A stretch of 63,382 nt of DNA, the filler included, from Reticulomyxa filosa (lineage: Eukaryota > Protista > Foraminifera), in assembly GCA_000512085.1 (NCBI GenBank). It is 16 parts of 16 records of this genome, joined end to end, with 100 filler letters (N's around TTAATTAATTAA, not from the genome) between each part and the next. Parts side by side here need not be neighbours in the genome. Positions count along the whole stretch, not along the records: positions 12,629 to 16,090 come from ASPP01045671.1; positions 16,191 to 17,301 come from ASPP01026174.1; positions 17,402 to 25,204 come from ASPP01027812.1; positions 25,305 to 30,585 come from ASPP01049374.1; 12 more parts are not named here. One strand, 5' to 3'. The notes beneath the pieces are model-generated. The model saw only the letters and a program-made list of their open reading frames with translations. It was not told the origin of the DNA and did not search any database. Within the stretch, counting starts at the first letter, position 1; every line of letters begins with the position of its first letter. Shown here in pieces: positions 12,629-26,486 of this stretch. Both the position numbers and the translations under genes were made by a program.

Positions 12629-13612
12629 AAAAAAGACCTTTTTTTCTTAAGTAAGACATAATGCACAACTCACAAATGTTTACAAAAAAGATGTAAATTG
12701 CAATTTTTTGAAATATTTTGACAAAAAAACTTGAAAAAAGAATTGTTAAAATTTTTGTAAGTATGTCATTGTGGTTCTACAATTGTGTTTGCAAAAAACG
12801 GATTAATTACAGATAATTGAAAATCAAAATTGTTTTTTGGAACGATTCATTATTTTTCATTGAGTAATGGTTTTTCTATGAAGAACCTTTTTAGAAAAAG
12901 TTCTCTTGTGCTTTACGAATGTGGTCTTAACTCTTCTCTCTTCAAATAACCCAACAAACCAAACATAGACAACATGGAGAGTTCCTTCATCAATGCACTC
13001 CTCTGCAAAGTGACAGCTGCAGAAAAAGAAAGAAAACAGCCAGTGTAAATTCAGTACACACAAAATAACAACACCGTTCGAAAAAAAATGTTGTCATCCG
13101 GCCAAAACAAATACGCTTGCCTATTGTGGTCTCTTCTAACATTGACAACATTCAGATTGGCACGTACATCTATCTTCACAGCCAAGAGATGATATCAATT
13201 TTTTGTTGTTTCATTCAATTTGTTTAGCAGGGTCATGTTTTTATGTATTTTTTATCACTTTATTGGACCAAACTCATTTCAAAAATAATATTTAATACAT
13301 TGACTCGCTATCTTATTAAAAAGGATTCTGAAAAATAAAGCACAAAAAAAGTTAGCAATGATTCAATTTGGAGTGAAGTTGAAAAATTCCGCTTTTTTGG
13401 AATTATCATCAAAGAGAAAAGGTGTGATACCAAATACGAAAAAACATAAGAAAACCCACAGGTAAATGTACATGCTATCAACCAGATGATATTTGGCACG
13501 TAAATCTTCAGCAGTACCTAAAAAAAAAAGCGACGTGTTACCATTGCAATAAAAACATTTGGACAAAATTACAATTTCTGAGCATTCCAGGGGTGGAGAT
13601 TGAATTAACAAA
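12629..13612 (+). repeat. Dispersed repeat, copy 1 (homologous to the reverse complement of 28735-29475)
   Basis: Shared blocks include TTGCAATTTTTTGAAAT, TGTGGTTCTACAATTGTG, AAAACTCATTTCAAA and TTTCTGA.CATTCCAGGGGTGG. Both copies translate as PPLECSEI. Confidence 0.85.
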
Positions 13613-13869
13613 TAATTTTTTTTTTGCGAGATGATGAAAAAGTAGTCGCTAAGGGAAGAAACGTATACAATACTCTTTCAAAAACACATTTTTTAATTTT
13701 TTTAAGCTCTAATCTCTTATAAAAAAAAAGAAATTTCCCATAGAATCCCCAACAGTTGAGAGTAGTCAACTTGATAAATGCCGACAAAGTTTGCAATTAT
13801 TTTTGAAGTTAAAATCCTCCAATAGACTTAACAAAAAAAAAAAAGGACCCTCGAAAAGAAAGATATGTT

Positions 13870-15438
13870 GTGGCGGAAACACTAAAGCAACGGTTGAGTA
13901 TGCGTCAAGAACGTATCATACCCCAAGAAAGAAGTATCTTGAAACTGACAGAAGCGTCGATGACAACGATAACAAATTCTGAGAATGTTACGCAGCTGAA
14001 TGAACAGAATGGAGACAGCATTGTGATAAAAAGATACCACAAACAGACCCCTTTACGTACCTTTTCAAATGGATTTGTAAACAAAGCTGTATTGGACCAA
14101 ATCGCAAAAAGTTATTCTACCACTCACAATCGCCGACTCGCCGACTTTGACGACGATACACCTGTAGACAATAATAACATGAATCAGCCGTCAATAATCT
14201 GGCAAATGCAAGATCGTAAAAGGAATCACTGTGATGATCCCATACTATTCAACAACTCGTGACTATGTCATCAGTGATCGAGTTGAATTGACTAATAATA
14301 GAAAAGGTATTTTTTTTTTTTAAACATACGTACATATTATGTATACGTAATGTACATATACACATGCTTATATTTTATTGTAATCTCTTTTTTTCCACTT
14401 TTTAATTTGCATACTGATTTTTGACAACTTAAAAAACAATCTGTTTACATTTTATATGTGTGATTAAATATATTGGGAAAGTCCATTTTGGGGAAGATGA
14501 CAGGTTTAGCATTGAATTGAACGAATTCAACATCACCATCAATGGCAACAACTACTCTACCGCCAAAGAGGGCCATGGCTTATTTTTTACAAGAGACAAT
14601 TGTCAAACGACTGGAGAATGGAAGTCACAATGAAGGAGTATTCTTCGAAGTGAGCTATTGTATTTTGCTTAAAGACAAAACCCACGGGTCAGTCTTAGCT
14701 TTTTTCTTTCCATATAAACATTTTGTCAGTTTTAAGCATTCCTATTTTTTAAAAATATATATATGTATATATCCTTATTGGACAAACCAACATGTTAGAT
14801 ATGCCGATTGTAGGATTGGAGCTACTTGATTCTATCGCAAATGGTGGCGATAGAAGATTTAGAAGATAAAGGTACAAATACCGAAAAGTTTTTATTTTGT
14901 TTTGAAAAGAAGAGAAGAAACATGTTAATGTAGGATATATTGAGAAGATAATCCTATTTGATGACTAAATGAAAAAAATGACACTTTGAATGAAAACTGC
15001 GATGATGTTGATTCAATAGTGAAAATGTGCACTCACAGAAGTGCTGATATGGGCAGCATTATTGTGTTAAAGAATTGACTGAAGGAGTTGAGATCTTTTT
15101 TTTTTATTTTTTTGGGAGGGACACATTATTTTATAAGAACATTTTGGATTGAAACTGTTTAGGGTTTTAGGTTGTCAGATACTGTTGCAAAAGTGAACAG
15201 TTTGTCGACATGGAACTCAACGAATGAGACGAAAATGCAGACGATGAATCAAAAAATGGAAAGGTGGTACTTTGGTTGCAAAACTGGACGAGGACTCAAA
15301 GATATTGGTAATGTTTTGAAAGTCCCTTCCAATCAAAGAACTTGCACATCTTACCAACTTCCAATAACCAATATTACTGCTATTTTTGTTCTCATTGTTT
15401 CATTGGATTCAGACTCTACTTCCTCTTTTTCTTTCTAG
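13870..15438 (+). CDS. Hypothetical multi-exon protein, probably degenerate
   Basis: Coding-like blocks at 13870-14262, 14542-14650, 14800-14870 and 15172-15330 between intron-like AT tracts. There are internal stops. Confidence 0.3.
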
Positions 15439-16190
15439 TCTTTTGTTCCTTTCTCTTGTACGTGTTCTTGACAGCAAGAAGATACTACTCGAGATCTTTT
15501 TTTGCCAGGAATAGTGGCAGGAGTTAATTCCTATTTCGATGCTTACGCGTGGCTCTTTAAGAGACTATTTTTTTCTTGGCATTAACTCTAAACAATAGAA
15601 GCGTCTATTGCATATTATCAAAGAGTTTTTTCAAAAACATACGCGAAAAAGAAAATATGAGGATTGACTCAATTGACTTTCTTTTAGATAAAAAATATTA
15701 ATTCAGAAATTTTTTGCAATGAATATGATTTGATGCGAAAGAAATTAGTTGAGTTGGAGAAACATTGGCGTTATTATTAAAAAAAAAATCAAAATTACAA
15801 TTGAGCAAACAAACAATATTTGAGGCAAGTATCAATACTTGCAATCGGATATGCCATAAAATTGGCATTATTTGACTTCGCTCTTGCTTGCTCCACCGCA
15901 ACCACCACTTTCCAATGTTCGATGAGCATGTGTTGTATTCGTTGAGACCTATGTTATATACGTGTGTATTCGTCATACATGTTTTAAGTATTTTTCCAAT
16001 CACATTATAAAAAAATATTATAACTTGGAATACAGGTTGCTCAGCTCACTCTTTCAATCGATCATGAGTACATTACAATTCTGATATCGTNNNNNNNNNN
16101 NNNNNNNNNNNNNNNNNNNNNNNNNNNNNNNNNNTTAATTAATTAANNNNNNNNNNNNNNNNNNNNNNNNNNNNNNNNNNNNNNNNNNNN

Positions 16191-17015
16191 AAATCTTCAA
16201 TACTCTTTGCATGTTGTCTTATTTTATTTGCTTTCAATTCATATGACAATCCAGATTTGATTGCATATGCACATTGATAGTTATTATCTTTCACAGGTAT
16301 TGAATCACCACTTGCACAAATGGAATGTTCGGAATTATAGAACATTGCTTTAACAATTAAATTAACAGTTTCTTTTTTACAATCAGGACAGCTAAAAGAT
16401 GTCTTATCTGAAATGAATGTAATATTATCAAATCCAATATTCACCCATACTGGCAATTTGGCTTTTGATGCCAAACAGGTTTCATTGCTGCAATGTCCTT
16501 GCAAATTAATCCCTGGATTTGTTTCTCCAATTTCTGTTTTTTCTATTTCCTTTTGAACACTTTTGTCATTATTGCCACTGATCTCATTTACTGCATTTCT
16601 TTGTTCTTGTATCTATTCATCATCTCAAAATGATAAAAAAAAAAAAAAAAAAAAAGATAACACAAATGAAATAACTTTGAATATTACCTGTTTTGTTTTC
16701 TCCTTCAATTCATCGCTTTTGTGTTCTGCTTCTAACTTATCCTTTTATATGCACACATTATTAGTAATTACTAATCAAATAGAAAGATATATTATGCAAT
16801 ACCTCTTTTTCAACAGATTGTTGGATAAGTCCTTTAATCACCAATTCGATATTCCCATTATGATACTCGATTTTCTGTTTTAACTCTTCTTCGTTGCTCG
16901 AATCTCTGAATAAGCGAGCCAACGCCTTTATTTCTTTGGCTTTTTTTCGATCTTTTTCATTTGTATCACTAGAATCGCTTTTGTTATTGTCTTGCATGCC
17001 TCCCTTACATTTCAC
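16191..17015 (-). CDS. Multi-exon protein with a Cys-coordinated domain (PGINLQGHCSNETC...CPDC), 3'-partial
   Basis: Exon 16800-17015 (helical, charged), small exons, then GETNPGINLQGHCSNETCLASKAKLPVWVNIGF...FSCPDC. The CxNxxC and CPxC pair is a likely zinc-binding module. Confidence 0.6.
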
Positions 17016-17982
17016 ACCGCCTATTCAAACACAATTTCACAACCCTTTTCTTTGTCTACAACGCGTTTATACTCGTATATAATAATGCCTTTGAATTATA
17101 ACTTATATTTTGAAAGTTAGTGGGGATCACTCCAAATAACGAGTCGTCTGTGACATCTTCATGATATTTTATTGACTTCATCATAAGTAGCATCACCAAG
17201 GAGTGGGGGCTGTTAGTGTTACCCTTTTTTTGTACGCCAAAAAACGAGAGAGAAGAATTGAAATTATCTTCGTTTCCGTTTAGCTAAATGAAAACATAAA
17301 ANNNNNNNNNNNNNNNNNNNNNNNNNNNNNNNNNNNNNNNNNNNNTTAATTAATTAANNNNNNNNNNNNNNNNNNNNNNNNNNNNNNNNNNNNNNNNNNN
17401 NAAAATATTTTCCTACATTCACTTTAAACAAATTTGTTCTTTACTTCAAGTAATTGCATCGATCTTATGTTTGGCAATGGTACAGTTTTATTCTCAAAAC
17501 ATAATGTTGTTATTTTGAGAAAACAAAATCAATTCTTTTAACTTTGTTTATAAATTTTTTGAGGGCATAAATGGAGAAACTTATTTTTTTATCCATATTC
17601 ACCACGGTCAAGAGAAAGATTTTGTTTTTTTTTTTATGACGCCAAGGTTGATCGAATTGTGCATTATCTTTTGTTTTTCTTCCAACGAGAAAACAAAAAT
17701 ATAAAATTATCGGAATAATTTTTTTTTTCTTTGGGTGAGATATATAATCAACAAACACATGTCTATCTGGATTTGAAGCTGAAGTAGAATAATAAAAAAA
17801 AAGGACATCGTTTGTTGTCACTGATTTGCTGAGGCTGAAGTTTTCCATGTTCCGTTATGACAGCAATTACTTTTTGTCCCTTGCTGCTTTCATTTGGAAG
17901 CTATATTCGCTTCTTTTTTTTTATTTTCCATTTTTTTTTATCTTTATCTGGAAAAGTATAAATATTATCCATATTCACTCAG

Positions 17983-18479
17983 CTCATCCCATTCTTTTAG
18001 TGTTTGTGTTTTTCCAATCCTCGTTGTTCAACTCTAATTCTTTTTTGTCGCTGTCATTCTCATCGACCAACTTTTTCCAATCAATTTTACATGGGGTTTT
18101 TTTTATTTTTTATTTTTTGAGCGGAAAGACGCAATATTTAATTGTGAATGTGTATACGTAGATATCAACAAAAAAAGAACTTTATAATTTTTTAGCCAAT
18201 CAATGGGGCCACCATGCATTCGAAGTTTTTCTTTTGTTTAAAAAAAGACATCACCCTTTCGATTGAATAATGGACTGTCTTTGAATTAAAAATCAAATTT
18301 CAATTTCCAGTGAATCCATTCTGTTTGCTTCGTGAAATGGTAATGAAACGTAGACCTTCTCGCGTTAGTTGTGCTTTCAAGTATTCGTTAACCACGTCTT
18401 CTAAATTTAGCTTCATAAAGATGCTCTTTTTATCTTGGAGCCATACAAAATTCTGAGTCCATGGTTTTGTTATTGCCAT
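17983..18479 (-). pseudogene. p23/Sba1-like CS-domain co-chaperone, disrupted
   Basis: Not in the ORF track. The minus strand from ATG 18479 reads MAITKPWTQNFVWLQDKKSIFMKLNLEDV..., later ..AWWAPL.. and CKIDWKKLVDENDSD. These match the p23 motifs WAQR..V.LTI, WPRL and KVDW.KWVDED. There is an in-frame TGA near 18300 and a frameshift. Confidence 0.5.
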
Positions 18480-19668
18480 GCTTCCCTTTTTTCATAAAAT
18501 CTAGTTTCCCCCTGAAAAAAAATTTTTTTATAATCACAAAAAGGACGAAAACACAAATTATTACGCAAAAATATAAAAAATGTTGAGTTTTTTTTAAATT
18601 GTGAAAAGTTGCGCTTTTAATAAAAAAATAATAATAAACATTGTAATTTTTATAAAAAAACTCTAGTTGAAAAAAAACTAATGATTCGGTTTAAAAATTC
18701 CATTTGCAATTTCTTAGCTTGCTGAAGAAAAGAGAGATATGTTCCTTTATCCACATAAAAAGCACAAGGTCAGAAAAGTTGGAACTAGTTATGATCATTG
18801 CTTCTGTTCGTTAGACAAAGAATTTAACTCAAAAAAATTGATCGACAAAGTGATTACATCAGTTTACAAAAGTACATCGCCCATACTACACTCGTGTGAA
18901 AATTTATTTCAAGCAAAAACAGAAAAGATACGCTTTCAAACTTTGAATTGGATAAGGACTTGTTCCCATCTGAGGTATCCGAAGTGCAGGACTATTTGAA
19001 GAATTTAACAGATTAAGAAACTATTTATTGGTAAGTCTTCCATTAGAGGGATGCAATAACGCATATAAATATAATGACAGCAATAAGTTGGCAGAATTGA
19101 TTGATCAGTTGAGATTTTTTTTTAGAAAGATTGTCTATAAATGTGTCAAGTTTGTTTATTGGTATTTAAAAAAAATAGAGTAAATAAAGACTTTGATGTG
19201 AAAAGCATGATTTAAACTAGCTAATCTTGGAAACAAAAAAAAATTAATCAAATTAATATTATGAGATTTGATATCTTTTTGTTGTTTGGATTTTTATTGG
19301 TAATCATAGCAGATTTTAAGGATCATTCATCATAAGTTGATTCTCACTAATCTTAATTGCCTCTTGCTTTGTAGTTTTCACCTTACACAAATTAAGAGGC
19401 TAAACTGATGAGGCAATTTGCTACAATTTTGTTTTGATTTTTCTTTTTCGCTTTGGAAAAGGCTGAAGGAATATTCCAAACTTATTATTTTGAATTTGCA
19501 CAAGTATCTTCAGCTTTTTCAAAAAAAAATAAAGAAAATTGACAAATAATTTCGATTCTAAAACTTTTTTTAATAATCTGACGTCTTTCCGTTTCAGAGT
19601 GCCCTGAAAGAGAGGGGGCAAACGGAAAAGAAAAGCGCAAGTGAAGAACACTGTCGTTTTGCAGCAAC

Positions 19669-21130
19669 ATGAAGCCATCGTTAGTGTATGAAATTATATT
19701 GATGGCACTGCACGTATTAAACGCGTTTTACGTGGTAACAAGTGCAAATAACGTGGCCAGAGACGACTCAAACAAAAACGGTCAAACATATTTCAATAAT
19801 TCAAGACTATATGCGTATATCAATAATAGCATGGAATATGTTGGCCAATCACTCTCTTTCAGTCAAATATGGACATGTGTGCAATATTCACGTGGCCATG
19901 GCAATGTAAAAATGTCGTCGGTTCAAATGTTCAATAATGGACCTGTGCACAAAGATATACGTATTCTCAGAAGCATATCCATCAACAAGCAAATGCTGTC
20001 CAATGAGAATATGTATACCAGAATATTTGCAATGAATAGTTCCACATATACATCTGGGATATCATCGACATCACATTCATTTACATACAAATCAGCATCA
20101 CACAGGTATATAAAGATCTAATGAAAAAAAAATGTTCATTAAAAAAAAAAAGGAGGTATACGTATAGCAAAAAATAGTAAGAATAAAGATATGTTGTATA
20201 TATAATGGATTTGAATTAAAATGGATTTTTTTAAACAAACAAAAACACAGTGAGGTTGTAATCGTGATAACAGTCATACCACTGTCGAATGGAGTATGCA
20301 AGTGGATTGGACAGACTGGGGCGAATATACCATTTGATGAATTGTGTGTGAACAATTGTTCCAGTACAATGTTGATGCAAACGCCAAATTTGGTTATCAA
20401 TAATATATTGAGCCGCAGCAATGTTGCATTTCCAATATATCGTGCTCTAATTTAAAAAAAATTGATATTCCAAATTCATGCAAATGCCAACACACACATA
20501 CAAACTATTGTTGCCAACACACAAAGTTTCATCATGAACTAACAATTTGCTATTCCCCAAGTCATGGTCCTATCAGCTAGCAACATTTTTGAAATGATGT
20601 TCGACACTTCAATGTTAGGTTTATTTTTTTTTTACTACTTTTTTTTTTTAAACAACAAACAAAAAAAAATTTGGATAGGCCGTACAATGTGGCACAAAAA
20701 ATGAAATATGGACAGTATTGACAAAATGGATGGCAATAACGACAATGACGACTTTGACAAATGGCAAAATCAGCTGCAATTAACAGTGCAAATTACAATG
20801 CCAAATAAGTGGTCGTCATGGATCAGCACCTGCCTTTAATGTGGAAGGAGTGATGCTGACACAAAGAAAGATATGTGCAATACACAACTAACTAGCAATT
20901 AAATTGCAAGTTAGTGGTGATGTCAATCATTTTTTGTACAGCATAGCTACTATCACAGAGGCTTGGTCTATCCATTAGCACTTATGCTACCATTCCACGT
21001 CGCAATCAATTGATCAAATAGCTCGCGATGATCACTTGATTGTCCACAAACTGATCCTGCTCCTACTCAATTGACAACATCGCAAGTCTTTATGGGGAAC
21101 ATCATTGACAAGCCCCGAGCAAACTCACGT
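19669..21130 (+). CDS. Putative secreted multi-exon protein, likely degenerate
   Basis: Signal-peptide-like N-terminus (MKPSLVYEIILMALHVLNAFYVVTSA) and further coding-like blocks with stops. Confidence 0.35.
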
Positions 21131-21947
21131 GTGTCTCCATTCAATTTATTTTTTATTTTTATTTTTGTTGTGATAATAACGTACAAATATGGTTTTGATT
21201 GTCACATGTATAGATTGAAAAAATACGGAGCAGCGATCGCAAATGACTGGATGAAGTGAATGAAAAGAAAAAAGAATAAGGGGTAGAAACCACCCCGTCT
21301 CCGAAAGGAGAAATACAGTTTGTTCTATCTATCTTTTTTTTTAAATATATGTAAGTGTTATGCTGTGTATTGTGTGATATAGGTTCCTCCGTCTGCAAAG
21401 ATTGTTACAAATATGTTTCCCTTTCTCCACACAAAAGAAAAAAAAAGAATAAGGGGTCGCAATCTATCCCCGTATCCTCAATGATGAATAATGGTTTGTG
21501 ATATCTATATTTATTCATATACACATAAATATCATTTTGCTATATAATGTTGGTTTATAATTCAATAGATTCCCCCTGCAAAGAAGAAACATTTATACAT
21601 ATATATATTTGTTTATTCACATAACTAAAAAAAAGAGATTGTTAGTGTCTTATAGGGAAAAAGGCAATAGAAATGGAGTGGTGCAAAAATAATAGTTATA
21701 TTTTATAATTTTAAAAAAAAAAGACTAAAAAAATATATTTATAACTTTGTTTGTTCGTATAGGTCCGGCGCAACAAAGACATTACGGGTGTATGTGGTAT
21801 CTTGAAAAAAAGTTGGAAAATGGGAGAAGATGGTGGAAAAAGAAAATTGAAAATAAGAGGGGGGATGAGAATGAGGGTGGAGGGGGAGAAAAAAAATGTA
21901 GTGATAAAAAGAAAAAAAAAAGGTGGAAGAAAAAAAAGTGTAGTAAT

Positions 21948-22120
21948 AATAAAAAAGGAAGAAAAAAAAAAGATATGATAAAAAAGAAAAAGAAAAGGAA
22001 AAAAGTAAAAAAAAAGAAGAAAAAGTACTAATAAAAAAAAGGAAGAATAATAAAAAAAAGATATGATAAAAAAGAAAAAAAGAAGGAAAAAGTAAAAAAA
22101 AAGAAAAAGAAAAAGTATTA
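21948..22120. repeat. Tandem duplication of about 80-90 bp within a polypurine (A/G) tract
   Basis: TAATAAAAAAGGAAGAA...AGATATGATAAAAAAGAAAAA...GGAAAAAGTAAAAAAAAAGAA...AAAAAGTA occurs twice. Confidence 0.8.
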
Positions 22121-25015
22121 AAAGAAAATAATAATAAAGAAAAATTAAATTTGAAATTTAAATTTTTTTATTTGTATTGAAAAATTGGTGATGCCGTTCG
22201 GGATGGCAGCATCTGTTAAGTAAATTTTTTTGTTTGTTTGTTTAAAAAATTGTAAAACATACGTATAATATTATAATACAGGACATTACGCATGGCAAGC
22301 AATCAGAAAGTCGCTTGTATAGTTAAAATATTATGCTGCGATATACGAAGTGAAGAAGACAATGACCCAATGAAGAACAATGACGATAACGATGATAACA
22401 ATGATTGCCAAAGAAAGATTAATGGAAGTTATAACAAAGACAGAAGAAGAAAATAAACAACATTGCATCAATTCTTTTTTAGTGAGGAACTTGAATGCAA
22501 CAATCGACTATCAATTCGAGATTCATTTTTTATTTATGTAGGCTGCTGTGGTGAAGATACTGAAGTATGTCTCTGGTAAGAAGAAACGAGCAATGCAAAT
22601 AGTAGCTTTTGTGACGTACTTTAATCAAAACAAAGTGAGCATGGATTATTACAATGTAGAATGATTTGCCTTAGGTGTGGAACAAAAGAAAGAGAAATGA
22701 AGAAGGACAAGAGGAAGAGTAAATTAAGGGAACGAAAAAAGAAAAAGAAAGGATCAATAATATTATTGGATTATCTTAAAAAATATGACACGGCAATGAA
22801 GAGTGCAAGGGATATAAATACATCAAGAAGAGCATGGAGAAAATGCAAATGAAAGAGAACCGACACAATAACCCCTTAAAAGTGTTGCTATTCGTGTTAT
22901 CAAAACTATGAGTGGTCATGGATGATGTCTATAAAATGAAATAAGTGATGATGAATTGTCTTGTGATTGCAATTATACAGCAACGCTTGGATTATCACAA
23001 ATACTTTCATTCAACGACTTCAATTCATCAATGCGCATAATTTGGCCAAATATCCGTCACCTTTTACATGTTTATGCTTGTGCTGTATGTGATCCTCCGA
23101 CATCGACACACCAAAGACACAAGGAAATATTTCCAAAATGCAATTGCTATGACTTTTTATGTTGACCCGGTGGAAAATATTATTACAATTTGAATTATTT
23201 TTTTCAATGTAAAAAAAAATAATTGTTGTCGTTGTCAAGTAAGATTGGTAGGAAATGATTTGCTTTATTCGAATACATTTGAAAGAAGATTCAGTTAAAA
23301 TTTATTTATTATTTTTGTCTTTCTTTTTAAATAATTTGGATTTATCACCGTTTGATGTTTTTGTTTTTGCAACTACCAAAATATGTTAAACCGACAGGCA
23401 GTGAAGGTGGGACCACAAATGAAGAAGAAAGCACGCGCAAACATATGCAAATAATATTCAGAAAATTAATGCGGTGACTCTTTCATAATGAATAACATCA
23501 ACAATAGCGAATATTACCAATGTGAAAGAACATGAAGAGTTTGGGTCGGTGAACAATATCGATTCGTCTACAATATTGGGAGTACAATATCCAATTAATC
23601 AAACAAATTGGAGAATCTTTTCCAAGACGGCACGTAAGTCAACAAAATAATGACTATCATTTTCACAATATGTGCAAGCTCTCAATACACGTTTCATTAT
23701 TGCAGTAATAACTAATGAGCGAAAGCCTGTATTTCCAAGAACCACTCCATTTCACAAAATGCACAAACAACTCTGCTACCATAAATACAAACACGGCCCA
23801 TTATTTTGCTTCGAAGTAATGTTTGCTACCTTGCCTTTATCCGTACTAACAGAGCGACAGTCCAACACTAAACAAGACAAAATCATTACATTGTATGCAA
23901 ATAAAAACATGACAACAAATACTGCATTCCGAGAGACTTCCATTGCTATTGGCTCCGTTTCGCTGACATTGTTGTTATTGAGCATTTGAGATAAGGTCGA
24001 CGTCATGGTCTAGCCTTGGAGCCACCATTTTATCAACGTACCTTCTATTTCTTCTTCGTTCTTGCATTGGCCGCCAAAAACGCTTTCGATCGCATCATTG
24101 AGACTCAATCCTTGTTGCAAAGCATGTTATTGCGTATCAACAGAAGCAAAGAAAATATGCATATCACGACATTGGGACTCAAATAAGCAAATATTATTTT
24201 TGCATGTAGTGTTTTTTGTTTTTTTTAGATTTAAATTACAATACATACAATTGCAGACATTCAAACTCACTACATCTCATTATATCCAATATAAATCTTC
24301 GCTTGTTATGAAAGAATATCTACTCCCTTTTTTGGTCTTTATTTTCAATAGTCTCTTTTGCTCGATTTCTGAGTTGAATACAGCAGAAAAATTTATGCCA
24401 CAAAACTAATAACATAGTTTGTTTAATAAATTGGAATTGATTTACTTGAAATACATCAACATTAACAATAGAAAAAGTGACAAATGACAAATGATGATTG
24501 GTTTCACTTACTTACATATTTCATTGTTAATGTATGATTTGTAAATTTCTGTGCAGAAGACAACATAATTTCATCAATGTCATTATTATTTCCATTATTG
24601 ATGAATTTCATCGTGCAATGTCTTTCTTATGAAAAAGCTTACAAAATATATTAAAACTTTAAACTGGAACAATCAAACTTATGTTAATCAAAGACGATTA
24701 GAGTCAAACAAGATAATTGTAAATAATTTGAATAGTTGTCTTCTGAGAATTCATTGAATGCTATTGTAACACAATTACGCCATCTTTAAATACACTTCAC
24801 TCAAAGAATGAATATGGATTGATTTAATTCTATTTGACTGCTTCTTTTAAATTAAATGATTCAAGTATTGATAAGAACAAAAAATATATTAAAATGCAAC
24901 TAAGTTAAGGAATAGGTAAATTTTTTTTTACTTGTTAAAAAGAAACATCGATAACCACCCCAGTAATTCTATTGCTCACAAGAAATTTCAAAATGAAAAA
25001 ATAGCAAACCATTAA

Positions 25016-25204
25016 TCATTCCCAAATTTCAATTGAAATGTCAGAAAAAACCAAGAATGTATTACCATTAGGAGAAATAGCCATTGCTGTTATATTAATG
25101 CATCTATCTATGGTTGTTTCATATCCCGATTTTATATCCCATAATAGAAGTGAACCATCGTTAAATCCAATCAAAATTGTTTGACAATTTGGAAAATATT
25201 GCCA
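25016..25204 (-). CDS. WD40-repeat protein fragment (5' end cut by linker)
   Basis: Translated by hand: QYFPNCQTILIGFNDGSLLLWDIKSG...ITAMAISPNGNTFLVFSDISIEIWE*, which gives two WD-like blades. Confidence 0.7.
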   Translation of the reverse strand, partial: WQYFPNCQTILIGFNDGSLLLWDIKSGYETTIDRCINITAMAISPNGNTFLVFSDISIEIWE

Positions 25205-26486
25205 NNNNNNNNNNNNNNNNNNNNNNNNNNNNNNNNNNNNNNNNNNNNTTAATTAATTAANNNNNNNNNNNNNNNNNNNNNNNNNNNNNNNNNNNNNNNN
25301 NNNNTTTTTTTTTTTATATATGTACATATTTAATGCTATTAGCAACACAACATCTTTATACGTATGTTCAAATTTATGTGATATGTGTTGCTTGAAATAT
25401 TTTAACAGGTATTCCAAGGTATATCAACAAAGTTTTGGAATGCGGATGGACACGTTTTTTTGCTGTATATATTGTCATTGGTGCTGCAGCGAGTTTCCAG
25501 CGTAATGACAACAGTAACAGCAACGGCAGCAGTAGCAATATCGATGATTGCAGTAAGTGAAAGTAAAGCTGGTAATCTCACGGTCGAATTGTTGCTGGAA
25601 ACCCAATTTATCATCGAATCATGGAAGCTGCATTACAGCGCACGCATCTGTCATTTCTCCGATAAATTTATTTGTTCATCATTGAACAAATATCTATTGG
25701 TGATAGTATGCGTCAAATATGGATCACGGTATTGCGTTTTGATGACGTATAGTTTGGGGAAAAAAATCGGAGGTCCATATCGTGTAATGTGGCTCATGAT
25801 GGACGAATTGAAATCGAATAATTGAAAGTGGTGAGCTGACGAGTATGGTGATTATGTGCGCAATCTATATCCAAGTTATAATTTTTTTTTTTAATTTGAT
25901 TGAAATATGTATGATCAGTACTCATGTATATAACATAGGTCTCCAAAGAATATAACACCTTTTTATCGAGAAATTGGAAAGTGGCTGTGGTGGTTGCAGT
26001 GCCGGTAAGAACAACGAAGCGAAGTGCAAGTAACGCCAAATCTGTGGCATTTTTGATCTCAAGTATTTGATACTTGTCTTAAATTTTGATTGGAAAAATG
26101 TTCGTCTTTTTATGTGGATTGGTTCTTTTGATTTTCTTTTGATGATAATTTTAATGCTCTTCCGGCTCACCTGGTTTCTTTATCAAATTATACACAATTC
26201 AAAAAATTTCTAAACTTTAATATTTTAAATCTAAAAGTGCGTAAGTATGAATTGATTTTGCCACTATTCCTATCAAAAAAGATCACTAGTAGGGGTGGAT
26301 GATAAAAAGAATACGTATAACAGAAAGAAAAAGAAAAAAGTTTTTTTGTATACAATTTAAAAAAACATTTACATAGTGAACATAAGCCCACCACAAACAC
26401 CTGGGCTACAACATACAAAAATATGTTAAATCTTTTAATGTTTTTCCAACTTTTTCAATTGTTTTCTGAAACACTATTGCTTTTTT

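Noticed and set aside
21747-22031. Lys-rich ORFs here and at 30163-30550
   Set aside because: Translations of polypurine low-complexity tracts.
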